Shown here: positions 19,039 to 29,085 of the stretch, piece after piece
How the letters are laid out: every line of letters begins with the position of its first letter
Position numbering within the stretch: position 1 is the stretch's first letter
Virus record (IMG/VR): IMGVR_UViG_3300032295_000873
Location: 1 to 39,655 of that record
Origin: a virus
Lineage: Duplodnaviria; Caudoviricetes
Direction: 5' to 3' (one strand)
DNA length: 39,655 nt
The notes under the pieces: model-generated
Database searches by the model: none
What the model saw: only the letters and a program-made list of their open reading frames with translations
What the model was told of the DNA's origin: nothing
Made by a program: the position numbers and the translations under genes

Positions 19039-19353
19039 ATGGCTACAATAACTAAGGCTCTTGCTAGAACAGCAGCGGCCACATCAAGCACAACCCTATA
19101 CACGGTGCCAACTACAACAACTATAACAGTTGTATCAAACATTGTATTGGCTAACGCAGCAACCTCAACCTCAACAGCAACCATTGCTATTGATGGCGTA
19201 ACGATTGTACCTACTGTATCAATTCCTGCTAACTCACTTGTAGGTTTTGACCTTAAGCAGGTTATACCCGCTAATGCAACTCCTAAAGTAATTAGTGGTT
19301 CGGCATCAACTACTGCAGTATCAATTCATATTAGCGGAGTGGAGATAGCGTAA
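19039..19353 (+). CDS. Small beta-rich tail-associated protein
   Basis: 104 aa, Thr/Val-rich, lies between fiber genes. Confidence 0.65.
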   Translation: MATITKALARTAAATSSTTLYTVPTTTTITVVSNIVLANAATSTSTATIAIDGVTIVPTVSIPANSLVGFDLKQVIPANATPKVISGSASTTAVSIHISGVEIA

Positions 19354-20921
19354 TGGCAATTAATCAATTCCCAGCCCCTGATACAGGTGGTATACCTTCT
19401 GGTAATACCGCTGGTCGTCCCGTTGCTCCTGTAATTGGTGATACATATTATAATGGTCAAACAGGAATACTTGAGATTTATACAAGTTCTGATTGGCAAC
19501 CTTGTTCAGCCCCTCCAGCGGTTCCAACAAGCGCTGTTGCTACAGATGTTGGAGCAGTTGATTTTACCTCTGGCGGTTCTCTTTCAGTTGCATTTACTCC
19601 TGGTGTTGGTGGAGGAATAGCAACTCAATTTACTGCCGCTACAACTTCTGGCGGATTTACTGCAAACGCAAATTCATCTCCAGTTGTAATTACTGGATTA
19701 ACAATAGGTAGTTCATTTATTGCCAGTGTTATAGCAAAAAATGGTTTTGGTAATAGTATTTCAAGCAATAATACTGAAAGTATTACTGTTACGACTAGAC
19801 CGCAAGTTCCAACAATTGGTACAGCAACTGCATTAAATGCGTCTGCTAGCGTAGTATTTACTGCTGGCGCAACAGGTGGAAAGTCAATTACTAACTACAA
19901 GTATTCTCTAGATGGAAGTACATATACTGCATTTTCTCCAGCACAAACTACATCTCCATTAACAATTAGTGGATTAACAAATGGCACTACATACACAGTT
20001 AGAATAAAAGCAGTTAATGCTAATGGTGATTCACCTGCTTCGTCAGCGTCAAATTCATTTGCGCCAACAGATGCTGTGCCTGTTGAATATTTAGTTGTTG
20101 CGGGAGGTGGAGGTGGTGGAAACGCTGCTGGCTCCAACTCAACCGCTGGCGGTGGTGGTGCTGGAGGATTTAGAACTAATATAGGTGGCACTGCACTTTC
20201 ACTTACTCAAGGAACTGCTTATGACGTTGTAATTGGCGGTGGCGGAACTGGTGGTTCTAGCGGTTCTGGAACAAGCGGTACAAACTCACGCCTTGCTTCT
20301 ATCTACTCAACTGGTGGTGGATTTGGTGGCGGTCCAGAAAATAATAGTGGTGGCAATGGTGGCTCTGGTGGTGGTTGCGGACACGGTGCCTCTACATTCC
20401 CTGGCACTGGTAATGCTGGTAATTATACTCCCGTAGAAGGTTTTGATGGCGGAGACGGAAGCGGTGACGGTGCTGGTGGCGGTGGTGGTGCTAGTGAAGT
20501 TGGTACTACATCAACAAGCCTAAGTTATAATGGTCCTGGTGGAGATGGTTCAAACGCTTGTTCAGCCTGGGCAACTATAACTTCATCTGGTGAAGACGGC
20601 TATTACGCAGGCGGCGGCGGCGGAGGTTCGTACGAAGCAGGTAACGATACCGACAATGGTGGTCTTGGTGGCGGTGGAGATGGTAAATCTCGTGCTGGTG
20701 CAGGTGGTGCTGGTACCACAAACACAGGTGGCGGCGGTGGTGGCGCTGGAGGTTCATCTGGCTCATATGGTAATGGTGGAAATGGTGGAAGTGGTATTGT
20801 AATTATAAAATACCCTGATGCTCTTACTGCAACCTTTAGTGGTTTAACTACTACTACCACAACAACTAGTGGATATAAATATACTAAAATTACAGCAGGA
20901 ACAGGAACGGTGACTTTCTAA
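19353..20921 (+). CDS. Tail/receptor-binding protein with Fn3-like and glycine-rich domains
   Basis: Fn3 signature ITNYKYSLDG...SGLTNGTTYTVRIKAVNANG; VEYLVVAGGGGGG...GGSGIVIIKY glycine-rich domain. Confidence 0.8.
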   Translation: MAINQFPAPDTGGIPSGNTAGRPVAPVIGDTYYNGQTGILEIYTSSDWQPCSAPPAVPTSAVATDVGAVDFTSGGSLSVAFTPGVGGGIATQFTAATTSGGFTANANSSPVVITGLTIGSSFIASVIAKNGFGNSISSNNTESITVTTRPQVPTIGTATALNASASVVFTAGATGGKSITNYKYSLDGSTYTAFSPAQTTSPLTISGLTNGTTYTVRIKAVNANGDSPASSASNSFAPTDAVPVEYLVVAGGGGGGNAAGSNSTAGGGGAGGFRTNIGGTALSLTQGTAYDVVIGGGGTGGSSGSGTSGTNSRLASIYSTGGGFGGGPENNSGGNGGSGGGCGHGASTFPGTGNAGNYTPVEGFDGGDGSGDGAGGGGGASEVGTTSTSLSYNGPGGDGSNACSAWATITSSGEDGYYAGGGGGGSYEAGNDTDNGGLGGGGDGKSRAGAGGAGTTNTGGGGGGAGGSSGSYGNGGNGGSGIVIIKYPDALTATFSGLTTTTTTTSGYKYTKITAGTGTVTF

Positions 20922-21283
20922 TGGCACACTATGCATTTTTAAATGATGACGATGTAGTTACTGAAGTAATTACAGGTATAGATGAAACTGAACTTATTGA
21001 TGGGTTAACCCCTGAAGTTTGGTACAGCAATTTTAAAGGTCAACGTTGCTTAAGAACATCTTATAATGGAACTATTCGTGCAAACTACGCAGGTATTGGG
21101 TTTAAATACGATAAAGACTTTGATGTATTTATTTCTCCAAAACCATATCCTTCTTGGAAATTAAACTATACAACTTTCAAATGGGAAGCACCTATTGCTC
21201 AACCAAATGAAGTTGAAGGATATTGGTGGAAGTGGTCTGAAATAAATAAAGAGTGGATACAGGTAGTAATACCTTCTAACTAA
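20921..21283 (+). CDS. Tail-fiber-associated hypothetical protein
   Basis: MAHYAFL...TSYN..IR.NYAGIGF.YD...DVFI.PKPYPSW, a pattern I recall next to Gly-rich fibers. Confidence 0.7.
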   Translation: MAHYAFLNDDDVVTEVITGIDETELIDGLTPEVWYSNFKGQRCLRTSYNGTIRANYAGIGFKYDKDFDVFISPKPYPSWKLNYTTFKWEAPIAQPNEVEGYWWKWSEINKEWIQVVIPSN

Positions 21284-21299
21284 TAGATAAGGGGACGTA

Positions 21300-22046
21300 G
21301 TGATTAGAAATAACGAAACAGTTACCATTGCTTGGTGTGATAATGGTATGGTAGATGGCAAGTTTGCCGAAGGTTTAGCCTACGTAATACTCACAGCCCC
21401 ACAAGCGGGTATGCATATTAACAATGCTATGCGAGTACAGGGTAACCAGATTGGCAGACAAAGACAGATAGCCCTTGATAAATGGGCTGATGATGTTAAG
21501 ACAGACTGGATACTGTGGGTAGATTCAGACATATATCTAACTACAGATGTACTTAAAAAGGTATGGGATGCAGCAGATAAAAATCTACGTCCAATAGTTA
21601 GTGGTGTTTACTTTATTTCAAAGGAGAATGAGTCCTCAGTAATGAGGCCATTCCCTTGTATATTTAAGAATATATCTGAGTATGAAATCCAGTACATACA
21701 TCCATTACCTAAAGATAAACTAATAGAGGTTGACTCTGCTGGTATGGGGTTTGTGCTAATGCACAAATCTATCGTGCCAAAACTGCGTGCTAAGTATCCT
21801 GGCCAATCTATGTTTGCTGAGCAAGAAGGATTAGGCGACCAGTTTGTTGGTGAAGATATTGTTTTCTTCCGCAAGGTTAGGGCTGCTGGTATACCAGTAC
21901 ACGCCCATACAGGTGCGTTAGTAAAGCATATGAAACGATTTAGTTTAGATATTGATTACTATGCGCTGTATTGGAACATGGCTGCAATGCAAGAACAAGC
22001 AATGAAATTAAAAGAAGAAGCAGAAAAACTAAAACCTAAGGAGTAA
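21300..22046 (+). CDS. GT-A fold (GT2-like) glycosyltransferase
   Basis: DxD motif WVDSD, AGMGFVLMH, GEDIVFF, H.G..VKH. Confidence 0.8.
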   Translation: MIRNNETVTIAWCDNGMVDGKFAEGLAYVILTAPQAGMHINNAMRVQGNQIGRQRQIALDKWADDVKTDWILWVDSDIYLTTDVLKKVWDAADKNLRPIVSGVYFISKENESSVMRPFPCIFKNISEYEIQYIHPLPKDKLIEVDSAGMGFVLMHKSIVPKLRAKYPGQSMFAEQEGLGDQFVGEDIVFFRKVRAAGIPVHAHTGALVKHMKRFSLDIDYYALYWNMAAMQEQAMKLKEEAEKLKPKE

Positions 22047-22047
22047 C

Positions 22048-24012
22048 GTGGCTGGTCGTGATATTACCGAAGGTGACGATAATGTACACCCACTGGCAGA
22101 TGATGGTTTACCTACCGCTCGTGGTATTGCAGAAATTGGTATCTTATCTTCATCTTCAACATGGCAAAACTCAGGTGAGTCATACGATGTAGCCTTAGGT
22201 GGACAACCATTCTTATACGCTATTGGTGATGCACGCCCATATATTAGACAGACTGCTCCATATCGTAAAGAACAATTTGATAATAACCAAGAGCCAGGTG
22301 AGCAATCACTTACAGGCTGGTGGTTAAGAAGCCAATCATCCTTTCATAATGGTACTGGGATTAAGTTTTATGACCCATCTGCTGGCGAGATAGTTGCACA
22401 TAGGTTTACAGATAATAACAATGTAGATGTTTGGACTAAAGGTGAGGTTACCTTACTTAAAGAGACAGCCAATCTTAGCGGTGTAACTAGCGGTGTATAT
22501 AAATCTTTATCTATTGTAGATGGTTCTACAGATAAACTGCTTGGCTGGATTCCAGCAAGTACAACTATTAATAACTACACATCTGCTGGTACTGCAGTTG
22601 CTTATACACATGTAACTAGTATAGGAACACCTTTAGATACTGCAATCCTTGATATTGCAACAGATGGTTCTTATCTTTTTATAGCAGACAATGACCATAT
22701 CTATACAGGTCCTATTGCCACACCTGCTGCAGGATACTCTCGTTATTATAATACTGGTAGTGAGAAAGTAGTACTTGGCTGGGTTAAGCAACGTCTTATT
22801 GCCTGTATTGGTGCATCTGTTTATGAATTAACTAATGCTAAAGGTAGCACTCATGCTTTACCTACTGCTGCATACACTCACCCAAATGATGATTGGACCT
22901 GGACATCCGTGTCAGAGGGTGGCTCTGCTATCTATGTTGCTGGATATTCTGGCACTAATGGTACTATCTATAAGTTTACTTTATCTACTGCTGGTGTTAT
23001 GCCAACTCTTACCTCAGGTATTATTGCAGCGCAACTACCTAGTGGTGAGTATCCCCATAAAATTGAATCTTATTTAGGCTATCTATTAATTGGTACTAAC
23101 AAAGGTGTCCGTGTAGCCACAATATCAGATACTAATGGAGACCTATCTTATGGTCCATTAATTATTGAAGCAGCCAATACTGGGTTAGATTTTGCATTTA
23201 GAGATAGATTTGCGTGGGTAACTGGTTCTGTTAATGGTTATGCTGGGCTATATAGAATTGATTTAGGTAACGAACTTGAGACATTACGATTTGCTTACGC
23301 TAAAGATACCTACCTAGATGGGGCTACTGGCTACGCTACTACTGTAAATTTTGTAGGTAACTCAAATCAGATAGCATTTACTACATCGGGTAGCAATGGT
23401 ATTGCTATTCAATCAACCTCAGTCTTAGCCACAACTGGTTATATAACTACAGGTTATATCAGATACGGCACCCTTGAGCCTAAAAACTTTAAACGTCTAT
23501 TAGCACGTGGTGACTTTACTAAAGGTTCATTAACGCTAGCAACTATAGATAAGAATAATGTTCCATACGACCACATTACTTATGAAGCAGGGGTAACTGC
23601 TGTTGAGGTAACTACATCTCAGCCTCAAACTGCACAAGAATATGTAGCATATAAGTTTACATTTAATCGTGACTCAAGCACCACATCAACTGGTCCTATA
23701 TTTAAGGGTTATCAGGCCAAGGCTACTATTGCTACGCCTAGACAAAGAAACTTAAAGTTTCCTGTTTATTGCTTTGATATAGAGACAGATAGATACAATG
23801 TAATATCTGGCTATGAAGGCTCAGCATTACAGAGATTACAAGTACTAGAAAACATAGAAGAAAATGGCGATGTTGTTACTTGGCAGGATTTAACCACTGG
23901 TGAAAGTCGTCAAGTAATTATTGACCAAATATCTTTTACTCGTATGACTCCACCAGACAGAAGGTTTGATGGATTTGGAGGCGTAATTGAGATTACGATT
24001 AGGACAGTATAA
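22048..24012 (+). CDS. Probable tail nozzle / tubular protein B
   Basis: 654 aa, beta-rich propeller-like composition; last tail gene before lysis. Confidence 0.55.
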   Translation: MAGRDITEGDDNVHPLADDGLPTARGIAEIGILSSSSTWQNSGESYDVALGGQPFLYAIGDARPYIRQTAPYRKEQFDNNQEPGEQSLTGWWLRSQSSFHNGTGIKFYDPSAGEIVAHRFTDNNNVDVWTKGEVTLLKETANLSGVTSGVYKSLSIVDGSTDKLLGWIPASTTINNYTSAGTAVAYTHVTSIGTPLDTAILDIATDGSYLFIADNDHIYTGPIATPAAGYSRYYNTGSEKVVLGWVKQRLIACIGASVYELTNAKGSTHALPTAAYTHPNDDWTWTSVSEGGSAIYVAGYSGTNGTIYKFTLSTAGVMPTLTSGIIAAQLPSGEYPHKIESYLGYLLIGTNKGVRVATISDTNGDLSYGPLIIEAANTGLDFAFRDRFAWVTGSVNGYAGLYRIDLGNELETLRFAYAKDTYLDGATGYATTVNFVGNSNQIAFTTSGSNGIAIQSTSVLATTGYITTGYIRYGTLEPKNFKRLLARGDFTKGSLTLATIDKNNVPYDHITYEAGVTAVEVTTSQPQTAQEYVAYKFTFNRDSSTTSTGPIFKGYQAKATIATPRQRNLKFPVYCFDIETDRYNVISGYEGSALQRLQVLENIEENGDVVTWQDLTTGESRQVIIDQISFTRMTPPDRRFDGFGGVIEITIRTV

Positions 24013-24215
24013 TGAGTAGCACAGATTGGGCTGGCTTAGCGGTAGCAGTCGCAACTATTGTAGCCAGTTTTGCTGGTTCAATTAGATGGCTAGTAAAACA
24101 TTATCTATCAGAACTTAAACCTGATGGCAACGGGGGACACAACCTAGAGGGACGCATTACTCGATTGGAAACCCGTGTCGACCAAATCTATTTTCTTCTT
24201 TCAGAAAAGAAATAA
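24012..24215 (+). CDS. Small membrane protein (one TM plus coiled coil)
   Basis: WAGLAVAVATIVASFAG hydrophobic segment; ITRLETRVD. Confidence 0.7.
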   Translation: MSSTDWAGLAVAVATIVASFAGSIRWLVKHYLSELKPDGNGGHNLEGRITRLETRVDQIYFLLSEKK

Positions 24216-25377
24216 TTTACTAGCAGTATTCTTTTTAGTATTTGGAACATCTATTTTTATGATTCCATCTGCTAATGCTGATATTGCAAACACGTCAGTT
24301 ATATGTGCTAACCCTGCAGGGGAACAACGTACATTTCAAATAGGTTGGGATAACTCTAATCAGTTCTTTGCTGATAAGGGATACATACCAGCCTTCTATT
24401 GCACAGGTGGTTATGCTCTTCCTTATAACATTTATGTCAGTGATACTCTTAACGGTAGTGCTCTTGGTTATTACGACGGAGTAATTACTGACCCTTCAAG
24501 TCCCACTCCATCTGAACCAACTCCTTCTCCTTCACCAAGTGAGACTGTAACTGCAACTCCTGAACCAACTCCTTCAGAGAGTGCAACTCCAACTCCGAGT
24601 CCGTCAAGTAGCCCTGAACCTTCACCAACTCCTTCTCCAACTCCCGAACCTTCGCCTTCTGCGAGTTCTGAACAAGAGACACAGACCAGCCAAACAGAAA
24701 CCCAAACAGTAACCCCAGCACCAACTGATACATCTACAGTTCCTTCCGATACATCAACAGTTCTTTCTGATACGGCAACCATTGTTGCACCAGTAGATGG
24801 TAGCACGGCTACCTCTCAACCTACCCCTCCTGAGCCTGCTCCTGTTCCTCCAGTTCCACCTGCAGTTGAGCCAGACCCTCCTGCTGTGGTACCTGAGCCT
24901 CCATTAGTTGAGCCTGAACCACCTACTCCAGTAGAAGAAGCCCCAGAAGAGGCTCCAGAGCCTCTTATTGAGGCAGAAGAACCTCCACCTGTAGCAGAGG
25001 AACCACCTGCTGAGGAAGAAGAGCCACCTATTGAAGCAGAGGAACCACCTATTGAGCCAGAGATGGTGCAGATAGATGAGGTAGACCTAGAAACTTTAGC
25101 CCCTGATACACCAGTTCAATTAGAAAATGGTGTAGTTCTTGAGGCTGGTGTTGTAATAGCACTTCAGTTACTAGAAAATCCAGCAGAATTATTAGCAGAA
25201 ATATTTACAAACCCAGCAGAAGTGCTTACGGCTTTGTCAAATATAGGGGCGGATATGTCGCCAGAGGTAAGAGAAGAATCTGAAAAGGTAATCATCTCTG
25301 CAGTTATTGCTGGAAATATTGCAACACAAGCAGCAGCATCCGCTGGTGCAGTAGCCGCTATAAGGAGGAAACCATAA
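24175..25377 (+). CDS. Exported Pro/Thr/Glu-rich protein
   Basis: Signal-peptide-like N-terminus ending ANA-D, PTPSPS and EEPP repeats; start codon uncertain. Confidence 0.7.
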   Translation: MSTKSIFFFQKRNNLLAVFFLVFGTSIFMIPSANADIANTSVICANPAGEQRTFQIGWDNSNQFFADKGYIPAFYCTGGYALPYNIYVSDTLNGSALGYYDGVITDPSSPTPSEPTPSPSPSETVTATPEPTPSESATPTPSPSSSPEPSPTPSPTPEPSPSASSEQETQTSQTETQTVTPAPTDTSTVPSDTSTVLSDTATIVAPVDGSTATSQPTPPEPAPVPPVPPAVEPDPPAVVPEPPLVEPEPPTPVEEAPEEAPEPLIEAEEPPPVAEEPPAEEEEPPIEAEEPPIEPEMVQIDEVDLETLAPDTPVQLENGVVLEAGVVIALQLLENPAELLAEIFTNPAEVLTALSNIGADMSPEVREESEKVIISAVIAGNIATQAAASAGAVAAIRRKP

Positions 25378-25547
25378 TGAAAGCCTGGTTCTCAGATATT
25401 TTTAATCAACTATGGACATTGCTGGGTATGTTTATTGCCTGGGTTGTGCTGGAAGGTTCAGCCAAAACTGTAGTTGGTTATGCAATTGTTTTATCCCTGT
25501 TTGTATGGGGTATTACTTTCAAACTACGTAACCCAAAGGATGAATAA
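25377..25547 (+). CDS. Small two-TM membrane protein (56 aa; absent from ORF track)
   Basis: MKAWFSDIFNQLWTLLGMFIAWVVLEGSAKTVVGYAIVLSLFVWGITF...; RBS AAGGAGG. Confidence 0.75.
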   Translation: MKAWFSDIFNQLWTLLGMFIAWVVLEGSAKTVVGYAIVLSLFVWGITFKLRNPKDE

Positions 25548-25858
25548 TGGCCTCACTTAAAAATGTATTAATGCGTATCGTTGCTGTCTTTGCAGCATCT
25601 GGTCTGTCTGTGATTGGTGCTGGTGCTATCGCTGGCGTAGATACAATTACAGCAGTAACTGTGGCTGGTCTTACAGCAGTAGCAGCAGTAGTAGAGAAGT
25701 TAGCCCGTGCATTTATGGATGATGGCAAACTATCTCTTGATGAAATCAATGCAGCATTTTCTGCAGTAGATAAAGGCGCAAAGACTGTTGCCGATACAGA
25801 GGTAGAGACTCGTCAGGCTGCAGACAAGCAAGCAAAGATTGACCCTAACTATAACTAA
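25547..25858 (+). CDS. Holin-like membrane protein
   Basis: Two hydrophobic segments, DDGKLSLDEI tail, directly upstream of endolysin. Confidence 0.6.
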   Translation: MASLKNVLMRIVAVFAASGLSVIGAGAIAGVDTITAVTVAGLTAVAAVVEKLARAFMDDGKLSLDEINAAFSAVDKGAKTVADTEVETRQAADKQAKIDPNYN

Positions 25859-26595
25859 TGAAAAAGGGAACAGTCGCTGCAATCATTGAGATTGCCAAAA
25901 AAGAAGTTGGAACTATTGAAGGTCCAAAAGATAATGAAACTAAGTATGGTGCTTTTACTAAGGCAAACTTCCTACCTTGGTGTGGTTCATTTGTTATGTG
26001 GTGTGCTAACCAAGCAGGAGTAAAGGTACCTAATATGGTATCTACTGTGGCTGGTGCTGGTGCATTTAAAAAGATGAACGTTTGGACTGATGCTAAGAAT
26101 GCTAAGCCAGTACCTGGCGATATTGCTTTCTTTGATTTCCCTGGAGATAACGTAGATAGAATTTCTCATGTTGGTATCGTAATTGAAAACAACGGAGATG
26201 GAACTCTTACTTGTATTGAGGGTAATACTGCTGGTAATCCTAAGGGAGACCAGCGTAATGGTGGTGAGGTAGCGGTTAAGACTCGTGGATATATTGCCAA
26301 TAAGAAAAAGGTAATGGTATCTATCGTTGGCTTTGGTCGCCCTAACTACACAGGCAATGAAGTTAATGTTGCTATACCAGTATCAGATAAGCCAGAATTT
26401 CCTGGGACTATTAAGCCTGGGGATAAGAGCAATGGTGTTAAGGTTGTACAGAAAGCCCTTGGTTTAATTGCTGATGGAATCTATGGTCCTAAGACCAAGA
26501 CTGCTGTAATTAAGTTCCAAGATAACCATGACATAATTGATTCTAATGGCATCATCGGTCCAAAAACTTGGGCTGAGTTAGTTAAGTTCCTTTAA
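25858..26595 (+). CDS. Endolysin: CHAP domain plus peptidoglycan-binding domain
   Basis: PWCGSFV (Cys), SHVGIV (His), IEGNT; C-terminal ADGIYGPKT..AVIKFQ...GIIGPKTW. Confidence 0.92.
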   Translation: MKKGTVAAIIEIAKKEVGTIEGPKDNETKYGAFTKANFLPWCGSFVMWCANQAGVKVPNMVSTVAGAGAFKKMNVWTDAKNAKPVPGDIAFFDFPGDNVDRISHVGIVIENNGDGTLTCIEGNTAGNPKGDQRNGGEVAVKTRGYIANKKKVMVSIVGFGRPNYTGNEVNVAIPVSDKPEFPGTIKPGDKSNGVKVVQKALGLIADGIYGPKTKTAVIKFQDNHDIIDSNGIIGPKTWAELVKFL

Positions 26596-26603
26596 GGAGA
26601 ACC

Positions 26604-26795
26604 ATGATAGACAAAGAAAAAGCAAAACAAATTGCACTCTCATACATTCGTGCCGCTGCTGCCGCAGCAGTTGCGTTGTATACAGCAGGACAACGTGACC
26701 CTAAAGTATTAGCAGCAGCATTTGTTGCAGGTTTAGTTGGTCCTATCCTGAAAGCATTGGATAAGTCAGCGCCAGAATTTGGGCTTACTAAGTAG
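26604..26795 (+). CDS. Holin-like small membrane protein
   Basis: 63 aa, two hydrophobic segments, RBS AAGGAG. Confidence 0.65.
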   Translation: MIDKEKAKQIALSYIRAAAAAAVALYTAGQRDPKVLAAAFVAGLVGPILKALDKSAPEFGLTK

Positions 26796-26802
26796 CACTA
26801 GC

Positions 26803-26854
26803 AAAACAAAACCCCCCTTCCAGTTTTATCTGGTCGGGGGGTCTTTTTTGTTTT
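26803..26854. terminator. Bidirectional intrinsic terminator between convergent arms
   Basis: A tract, ACCCCCC..CCAG/CTGG..GGGGGGT stem, T tract. Confidence 0.85.
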
Positions 26855-26873
26855 CTAGATAGTCTTCCCCTAA

Positions 26874-27257
26874 CTACCTAGATAACTCTGCTACTATCTC
26901 AAATACTTTATCGGGTCTAATTAGATAGCCCTTGCTTGGGTTGGGCGGTATGTTACAGGTAATTGGCTTGCCATGTATGCTAACAGCATGCCTTAAATCT
27001 TTTGTTGGCACAATAAATATTGAACCTTCTAATACAAATGCCCAGTAGTCAGCCTTAGTTGCAGATAATCCTGATGGGTACCACTCATCATTGTTGTGTG
27101 ACCAGCACACAGTTTCTATATATAAGTTACCAGTGTTTTTCCACTTAAGGTCTGTCTTAACTTCAATTGTTTTACCACCAGTTAGTAGTTCATTAACTAA
27201 TGCTTCGCCTTCATGTCCAACGGACAGGTCTAAATCAAAGTCAGATAGTTTTGACAT
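26874..27257 (-). CDS. PD-(D/E)XK-like protein
   Basis: GHEGE...IEVKTD...TGNLYIE...SGL.ATKADYW; start at MSKLSDF. Confidence 0.6.
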   Translation of the reverse strand: MSKLSDFDLDLSVGHEGEALVNELLTGGKTIEVKTDLKWKNTGNLYIETVCWSHNNDEWYPSGLSATKADYWAFVLEGSIFIVPTKDLRHAVSIHGKPITCNIPPNPSKGYLIRPDKVFEIVAELSR

Positions 27258-27768
27258 ACTGCTCCAAGGGTAATGTATCCATTGATGAGAGATATGTTGC
27301 AGGAACATACCAAGATTTTTCATTATACTTAAACATATCTACTTTACATTGACTACCATATAACCAACCAATTGCTTTGTATGGAACTCCTAACCAATCA
27401 GGTGCAGTACGTCTAGTCTTATGACGTAATCCATCAGCCATTAATATATAAACAAGAGAATCATTATCTCTATTTGTATATCTTAATTTAGGTTGGTCAT
27501 TAAATGTATAACGAACTTCACCAAGACCAGGAATATCTAATTCATTTTTCCATTTATTAAAATGAGGAACGAAAGTTGTATTGCCAACTATTCTAGCAAA
27601 TGCTAGTTCACTACCAGCAGCAACAACATGTTGCCATAACTCCCAAAGGTCTCCTTCTGAATAATTTATATTACGAGTAGGGTCACCAAAGTATGGTTTT
27701 TGTCTTTGATAACCAACCTCAACTGCAATGGCTTCTTCTTCTGGAGTTAAAGAATATAGTCTACTCAT
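27241..27768 (-). CDS. Hypothetical protein
   Basis: ORF overlaps both neighbours; start at MSRLYSL. Confidence 0.65.
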   Translation of the reverse strand: MSRLYSLTPEEEAIAVEVGYQRQKPYFGDPTRNINYSEGDLWELWQHVVAAGSELAFARIVGNTTFVPHFNKWKNELDIPGLGEVRYTFNDQPKLRYTNRDNDSLVYILMADGLRHKTRRTAPDWLGVPYKAIGWLYGSQCKVDMFKYNEKSWYVPATYLSSMDTLPLEQYVKTI

Positions 27769-28033
27769 AGTTACTATTAAATACAGAGATTGGAACAACT
27801 GTCTTACCAATTATCCCATGTTTACTTCTGTACTTATCCCTTTCTTTCTTGTTAGTTCCTGCCCATATTCCATGTACTAGATTCTCTATTGCATAGTCAA
27901 AACATTCGGTTAGTACAGGGCAAGTATCGCATATCCTTTTGATATAAGCAAAGTGTGTATGCTGACCTTTGTCTTCTGAGAAGAATAATTCTGTATCGAT
28001 ACCATCACATGCTGGCCTATCGCTGAATCTCAT
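27761..28033 (-). CDS. whiB: WhiB-family Fe-S transcription factor
   Basis: C...FF...ICDTCPVLTECFDYA...GIWAGT four-Cys pattern with G(I/V)WxG turn. Confidence 0.93.
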   Translation of the reverse strand: MRFSDRPACDGIDTELFFSEDKGQHTHFAYIKRICDTCPVLTECFDYAIENLVHGIWAGTNKKERDKYRSKHGIIGKTVVPISVFNSNYE

Positions 28034-28194
28034 TAGCCCCCTGTTGAGTAGAATCCACTTCCTTTAAAATGGGTTGGTACTGCTGACCATATACGAACCA
28101 TGACCGCTCCGCAACTTGTGCAAGTTGGTGGTATAGGTTCATCAATCTCTACTAACTTGGTACATACTTTGCATTCAAAATCATAGTAAGGCAT
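28033..28194 (-). CDS. FmdB-family zinc ribbon protein (53 aa; absent from ORF track)
   Basis: MPYYDFECKVC...CTSCG..M.R.WS....FKGSGFYSTGG. Confidence 0.85.
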   Translation of the reverse strand: MPYYDFECKVCTKLVEIDEPIPPTCTSCGAVMVRIWSAVPTHFKGSGFYSTGG

Positions 28195-28433
28195 TAATCA
28201 CAATCCATTCCTATATTATCTAGAGGTGTAGGTAAGGTTACTAGTGAGCCACAGTCTACACATTCACCATCTAAAAAGTAAAAACATATTTCTCCATACT
28301 CAAAGGCTGCTATGATTGTAAATAATTCTGAGCCACATATACATATGTCTCCAATAGGATGACCACGTAGGTCCATAGCATTGGTGTAATCTTTCTTAAA
28401 CAATTCTTTTATCTCTTTAGGTTCCTGGGTCAT
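28194..28433 (-). CDS. Zinc-binding hypothetical protein
   Basis: CICGS...ECVDCGS..TLPTP. Confidence 0.7.
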   Translation of the reverse strand: MTQEPKEIKELFKKDYTNAMDLRGHPIGDICICGSELFTIIAAFEYGEICFYFLDGECVDCGSLVTLPTPLDNIGMDCD

Positions 28434-29085
28434 TGGTTTCTTCATCTTCATTTTTATCTAGTACTACATCTGTATCATTAAAGGTACGCCATCCACCCAG
28501 GATTCTAACCAATGAATTAATTGCACGTTCGACTCGCTTGCGTGCACCATCAGCCGATGTATCTAGTTCTTTGCCTAACTCACTCCACTCACAGTTCTCC
28601 GTTGTAAACCTTAGCCTTAAAATATTTTGTTTAGCCTCTGCTAGTTGGTTGAATGCTTTCTCTATGTCTGACCTAAGAACTAGCCAGTTATTTCCATCTG
28701 TAACTTCTCCTGATTTACCAAACTGAAAGTTAAGGTCTTTAATTTTAGTTGGTATCTCATAACTATCTGCCAAAATAGATGGCAAAAATGCTTCGATGAC
28801 TGACGGGTCATAGTAGTAAAGGTCAGCCATATCGTAGCCAAACTTACGGGCTTTTTCTTTTTCGCAATAGGCTAAGGCTGCGTTGCGTAATGACTTAGCA
28901 ATTAATTTTTCTTTATCCTTTGGTGGTAACTCAGACCACTCTTTATATTTTTTGGGGTGTGTAACAAACCACATCCATAGTATTTGTTTTATATCAGATG
29001 GTTCAACTATAGAATATTTTTTGGAATATTCCATGCCAAGCGTAGACACAAGCAAATCATATTCTTGTACCCACTCTTGATTCAT
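28417..29085 (-). CDS. Sigma-70/ECF-like factor
   Basis: Region 2-like DIKQILWMWF...LRNAALAYC; region 4 HTH KQNILRLRF...SELGKELDTS....RKRVERAINSL. Confidence 0.75.
   Translation of the reverse strand: MNQEWVQEYDLLVSTLGMEYSKKYSIVEPSDIKQILWMWFVTHPKKYKEWSELPPKDKEKLIAKSLRNAALAYCEKEKARKFGYDMADLYYYDPSVIEAFLPSILADSYEIPTKIKDLNFQFGKSGEVTDGNNWLVLRSDIEKAFNQLAEAKQNILRLRFTTENCEWSELGKELDTSADGARKRVERAINSLVRILGGWRTFNDTDVVLDKNEDEETNDPGT

Noticed and set aside
390-26169. Many short antisense or alternate-frame ORFs in the structural arm
   Set aside because: Shadow ORFs of real genes with no RBS or motifs
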